From the NCBI RefSeq assembly GCF_016433145.1, contig NC_058133.1, positions 257,039,560 to 257,103,559 on the forward strand: DNA of 64,000 nucleotides, given 5' to 3'. Below, piece after piece: positions 56,201-64,000 of this stretch. Position numbers and translations under genes: made by a program. Origin of the DNA: Gracilinanus agilis. Taxonomy: Eukaryota. Under the pieces are notes generated by a model, which did not search any database, was not told where the DNA came from, and saw only the letters and a list, made by a program, of their open reading frames with translations. Position 1 is the stretch's first letter. Each line of letters opens with the position of its first letter.

Positions 56201-59179
56201 TGTGGATGATGTCCAAAGTTTGCAATTCTTTCCCAAGAAGAAGGTGGAATCACATCACATACTCTTAGGTATTTGCCCTCCAATAGATGACCCCAGTTAG
56301 GGGCAGTGAGGGAGTAGCAAAGGAATGGGGCCACATTCTGGGCTAAAACAGGTCCTGCCGCCTCTTTCATCTCCCTTTCTCCATCCTAGCCTCCCCGACC
56401 TCCAACTAGCAAAGCAGCTTCAACTGTCTTTATCATCAATATTGTCTTTGGCCTGCAGCCTTGGGCTACTAAACTTCTTCTTCCTGATAGGCAAGTAACT
56501 GCCATTTCTCCCTGAGTCATCCATTAAAGTTTCTTGAATTTGAGGGTAGAAGGCTTCCCCTTTATATTTTGTCATCAGAGGCGAACCCATTTCCCACCTT
56601 TCTGGACACATCTGTTCCCACTTCTTTTTTTCCTTATTTCTCCTATGTTTCTGTCTGTCTCCAATTCTCTGTCTCTTATCTGTCTGTCACCACACACAGA
56701 CACACGAAACTTCTTCCCCCGATAGAGAAACAACTACCACCCTCTCCATGGGCCATCCATCAAAGTGCCATGAGGGTAGGGGGTTTCATCTCTAAACTGT
56801 GCCATCAGAGGCAAATCTCATTTCTCATGTTTCTGGATATATCTCTTCTCCTTCCCCCCTCCCCCCCCCCCCCCCCGCCTTATTTCTCCTATGTCTCTGT
56901 GTCTCTCTCTGTACATTTTTCTCTTTTTCTAATTCTGTTTCTCTGTTTTCTTTTTCTATCTCACAAACCTTCAGCACATATTTGAAAAAATGTTCTTCCC
57001 TTTTTCCCCAGTTTTCTCCCAGTTTCTACTCTTCCCTTACCTTTGTATAAATCAGTACTAGTAACTGCAAACCAGTCCTTAATCTATCCTCACGCCCATT
57101 TGAGTTGATCTGCCAAGGTGTGGCCCTCTGCCCATCCCCCCATTTGACATGCCTTAGCTCTGGTGCCGGCCTCCCACGTGTTTCCACAGTGTTATTATTG
57201 CTCCATAACTTTTGTAGGGTAACCATTAACCCAGGTCTCCTAACTCCCACCACTCTCCCTCTAGGGGATTTTCCTTCCACTAGTTTTTTCCCTTAGGCAT
57301 TCCAGATTACCCAAATGCTCACACACTTCCCTAATCTCCATCTCTTTCTTGGGGGTCATTTTGGCCAACTATTTTTTAAAATTAATTTTTATTAGTATCT
57401 TTTGTTTTTACATTACCAAAATTTCTTCTAATATTGCTCACCTTCACTTTCCAGAGAGCTATCCCATATAACAAATAATATTTTTTAAATATAGGAAGAA
57501 AAGATGAAAAAACACCTAGAAAAACTGGTTGAAAAAGTCTGAAAACATGCTTGACCATTGTAATTTTGCAACATTCACTTTTGAGTGTTTTGTGTGCTTT
57601 TTTCCACTTACATAGTATTGTCATTATGTATATTGTTTTCTTGGTTCTACTTATTTCTCTCTTCATCAGATCATCCAGTCTTTTGATTATCCTGCAGATG
57701 ACAAATTATAGAGGAAGAAGAGGACTTCGAGGGAATGTTTAACACCTGGTTCTCTAAAAATGCACAACATACTTTAAATTTAATCTGCATTATGAACATT
57801 TTCTCCATCACTTTCTTAAGTCTATACAATCAACAATGCAAGAAATGAGAAATCAATAAAATAACTCACTGTATCATTTGCAGATTTCTAAGGTAAAAAT
57901 GCTCACACTGAAAATTAACAATCATCTCTTAGGCTAGCTCCAGCACACTAATGTACCTCACTCAGAATATAGGGTAGTTATTTTGGGAAGGAGTATCTGG
58001 GTGGAGTGGAAGGGATCTTGGGGATCCCAAATTACAGTTTAGCTTTAAGGGTGTCTTCTATGGAAGAGGTATGTGATATGCTCTGTATTGGAAAGGGACA
58101 TCATGTGAATGGTAAAAATAGGAGATTTGAAGCAGACACTTTCATAAGTCATCTAACTTTGTCAGAGGGGATGATCTTGCTTTTGGAATGGGTTTAATTT
58201 AGCTATCGTCCATAAAGACTAAGTTTGGCCCTAATGCAGAAAAATAAGAAAATGCCCTTTCCTCCCTTGTTCAAGAATCAGACTCTGTTCGGTTATTTCA
58301 TTTTTTCCAGCTACTTTTAAAAAAATATTTCTTTGAAGTTAAAGAAATTACATTTCTTTTTTATTATAAGGGATGGCTCTCTGGGTAGAGATGAGGAGAG
58401 ATATTTGGACATGATGGCACAGTAAAACAAATTATGTCAATAAACAATAAAAAGAATGGCAAACTCATTTCTAAGGTAAATTTAACATTGTTATAAACAA
58501 GAAGTGCCCTCTTTTTTGTTTTTGTTACTGTCTCTTATTTTTATTCTATTCTATTTATTTTTTAAATTAAGAAGCTTTTATTTTTCCTCCTCACCACTGA
58601 CTCCCCCTTAGGGGGAAAAAAACAAAACAAAACCTTAGAACATATATACATAGTCAAGGGAAAAAATTACCAGGTCCAAAAATACATATCTCCTTTCAAG
58701 CATCTTGAGTCCATCAGCTCTCTGACAAAAGGCAGGAAGATACTTAATGTGCTTCATTCATTGATGTTCTCAAATTGTATGTAGTTGGTCTCTACTTCGA
58801 TCAGAGTTCTCAAGTCTATCAAAGTTGTCTGTCCATGTATTGCAAATTTATAAATTGTTCTGACAAATCTTCCTAACTTTCTCTCAAATCATCCCCTTCA
58901 CCATTTCTTATGGCACTATGGGGACCCTCTTAGTTCACAATTCTTTGCCACTACAAGCATTTTTTTTTTTTTTACATAGAGGTCCTTTTCTCCTTTCTTT
59001 GATCTCTATGGGATATAGGCCTTATATTGGTATTGGCTGGGTGAAACGGTATATACGTTTAGTGACTTTGATGACATCAAGGTTTATATGTTTTAAAATA
59101 AACCCAGGAATTTTATTTTATTCATTCACTTATCCACTCACTCATTAATTTATTACCTGATTAATTAATGTATATATGT

Positions 59180-59900
59180 ATTGTTTATCTATTTGCCATA
59201 GGAGTTTCCTCCCTCCCCAGGGGCCTCTGCCCCTTTAAGAATCCCCCGCCCCCTTCTCAGCTTTCTAGGCCTCCGCATACATCCTCCATTCCAACTCCAG
59301 GCGACTCCCTTTCCCCACCTCCCTCCACCTCGAAAAGGCGGGAAGTTCGAAAGCTGAGCTCGGCCCCCGAATGCGGAACATCCAATCAGCTTTTGGCCTT
59401 GGGTCACGCGCCTCCGTCTCCAAGCCTAGGAAGGCAAGAACGAACTCTTCCCACCTCGGCCCAGCCCAGAGAGCTTCCGCTCAGACTCACCCCACCCAGC
59501 AGGCCTGTCCCTCGTTTACCCCACCCCCGGTCCCGAGTGAGCTGCGCGTGCGCAGCGGATTATAGCGCTGAGTAGCGGGAGGAGGGGACCCCTTCCCTCC
59601 GAAGGTTCCGAGATAAACTGTGGGTGTGGTCGATACCCGGAGGAAGGGTAGGGAGGTCGTAAAGAAGAAAGAGAAGGGGGGGGGGCGGTTTCCCACGTGC
59701 TAGTTTGCACTACTTAATATCTTCAATGCCCTTTATTCCCCATCTCCCTAAAATAAACAGATTCCAAAGTCAGCACCCCAGGGCGGGGCCGATTAGGGGC
59801 GCTGCGATTTTGCCCCAAAGCCCTGGAGCAAGTCCTCCTCCTTCCTCCCTCCGTGCCATTTCTCGCTGTTCACCTCCCAGAAGGTCTGAACGCCAACCCC
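59180..59900. promoter_or_regulatory. CpG island, probable bidirectional CLIC1/MSH5 promoter
   Basis: High CpG density. NRF1-like TGCGCGTGCGCA 59543-59554, E2F-type GGCGGGAA 59337-59344, E-box CACGTG 59694-59699, and a minus-strand GTGAGT donor at 59490. Confidence 0.75.
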
Positions 59901-60351
59901 AGGCCACAGTTCTGTAGCTGGCCAAAGGATCTGGAGTTCTTGGCGTTTGTTTTGTGACTGGGCAAGTCAATCAATTGTTCCGAGTCTCTTTTTCTTCAGC
60001 TGTAAAACTGAGGGGCTTGAATAGATGAAGGCTTTAAGTTTCCTTTCATCTTGAAATCTAGGATGCTCAATTCAATATAGATTCAACATTTATTAAGCAC
60101 CTGCTGTATACTAAGGGGTTCAGTGCCAGGTTGGGGGAGGAAAGAGAAGATACAAAAATAAAAATGACTTACGCCCTGCCCCTGAGCTTCTGGTACATTA
60201 GCTCACACTTTGAGTGTTTCCCCATGCAAATCCACATTTCCACAAAGAGAGGTTTTGTCCAGAGAGACTTTTGGAGAGGGGGGAAGCGGAGTAGACAAGA
60301 AAAGGAAGCTCCAGCCCTGCACTTTTATCTTTTTCTAGACCCCCAAGCACC

Positions 60352-63623
<3,272 letters not shown>

Positions 63624-64000
63624 GTGAGTCTGTTAGAATCGACATACCTTATAGCCTCACAATTTATAAGACATATTTACATCCACTATCATACTTTTTA
63701 AAAGTTAAAAAATGTTCATTTCTGTGGGGGAAAAAAAGTGAGCAACTCTAGAAGGCTACCCACTGAAAGGCCCCAAAGGGCAGTCTGGGAAAGAAGGAGC
63801 TCCAGTCCCCTCCAGCTGTGCTGATCAGCACCCACAGAAAGCAGAAAGGGTGGGAGAGATAGCACCACCTTGGCTGCAGTTTCTGGACATGGTGAGGGCT
63901 ATTGGGCGAACAATGTGCATAGAGCTAGGAAGGGCAGGATGATTATCCCTATTTCTTTTCATAAAGAAACCATGATCTAGAAATTTCCACTGACTTTTTC

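Overview
This is marsupial genomic DNA, most likely the opossum Monodelphis domestica, judging from the dense didelphid-type tRNA-derived SINEs, CORE-SINEs and Mdo-type L1s. It comes from the MHC class III region. I rebuilt the exons by hand from GT-AG junctions, reading-frame phase and similarity to the human proteins as I recall them. Gene order is ABHD16A/BAT5 (minus, exons 1-9, runs off the left edge), a ~14.7 kb TE-rich spacer, LY6G6F (+), LY6G6D (+), LY6G6C (-), MPIG6B/G6b (+), DDAH2 (-), CLIC1 (-) and MSH5 (+, first 9 coding exons, runs off the right edge). This is the eutherian order except that no intact LY6G6E is visible, and an assembly gap (33781-33974) lies in its slot. Most short ORFs in the supplied track are noise from TEs, low-complexity DNA or antisense exon reading. 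The best leads are all hypotheses needing RNA or comparative data: (1) a phase-consistent 4-exon minus-strand micro-gene model (58 aa) in the LY6G6E slot; (2) a 51-nt in-frame micro-intron in the G6b-B tail; (3) a candidate alternative last exon giving G6f a second Tyr motif; (4) a tail-less internal L1 fragment with a perfect 15-bp target-site duplication (TSD); (5) two solo LTRs with clean TSDs, one inside DDAH2; (6) an unidentified block upstream of ABHD16A containing an 89-bp inverted duplication and a 99-bp tandem duplication.
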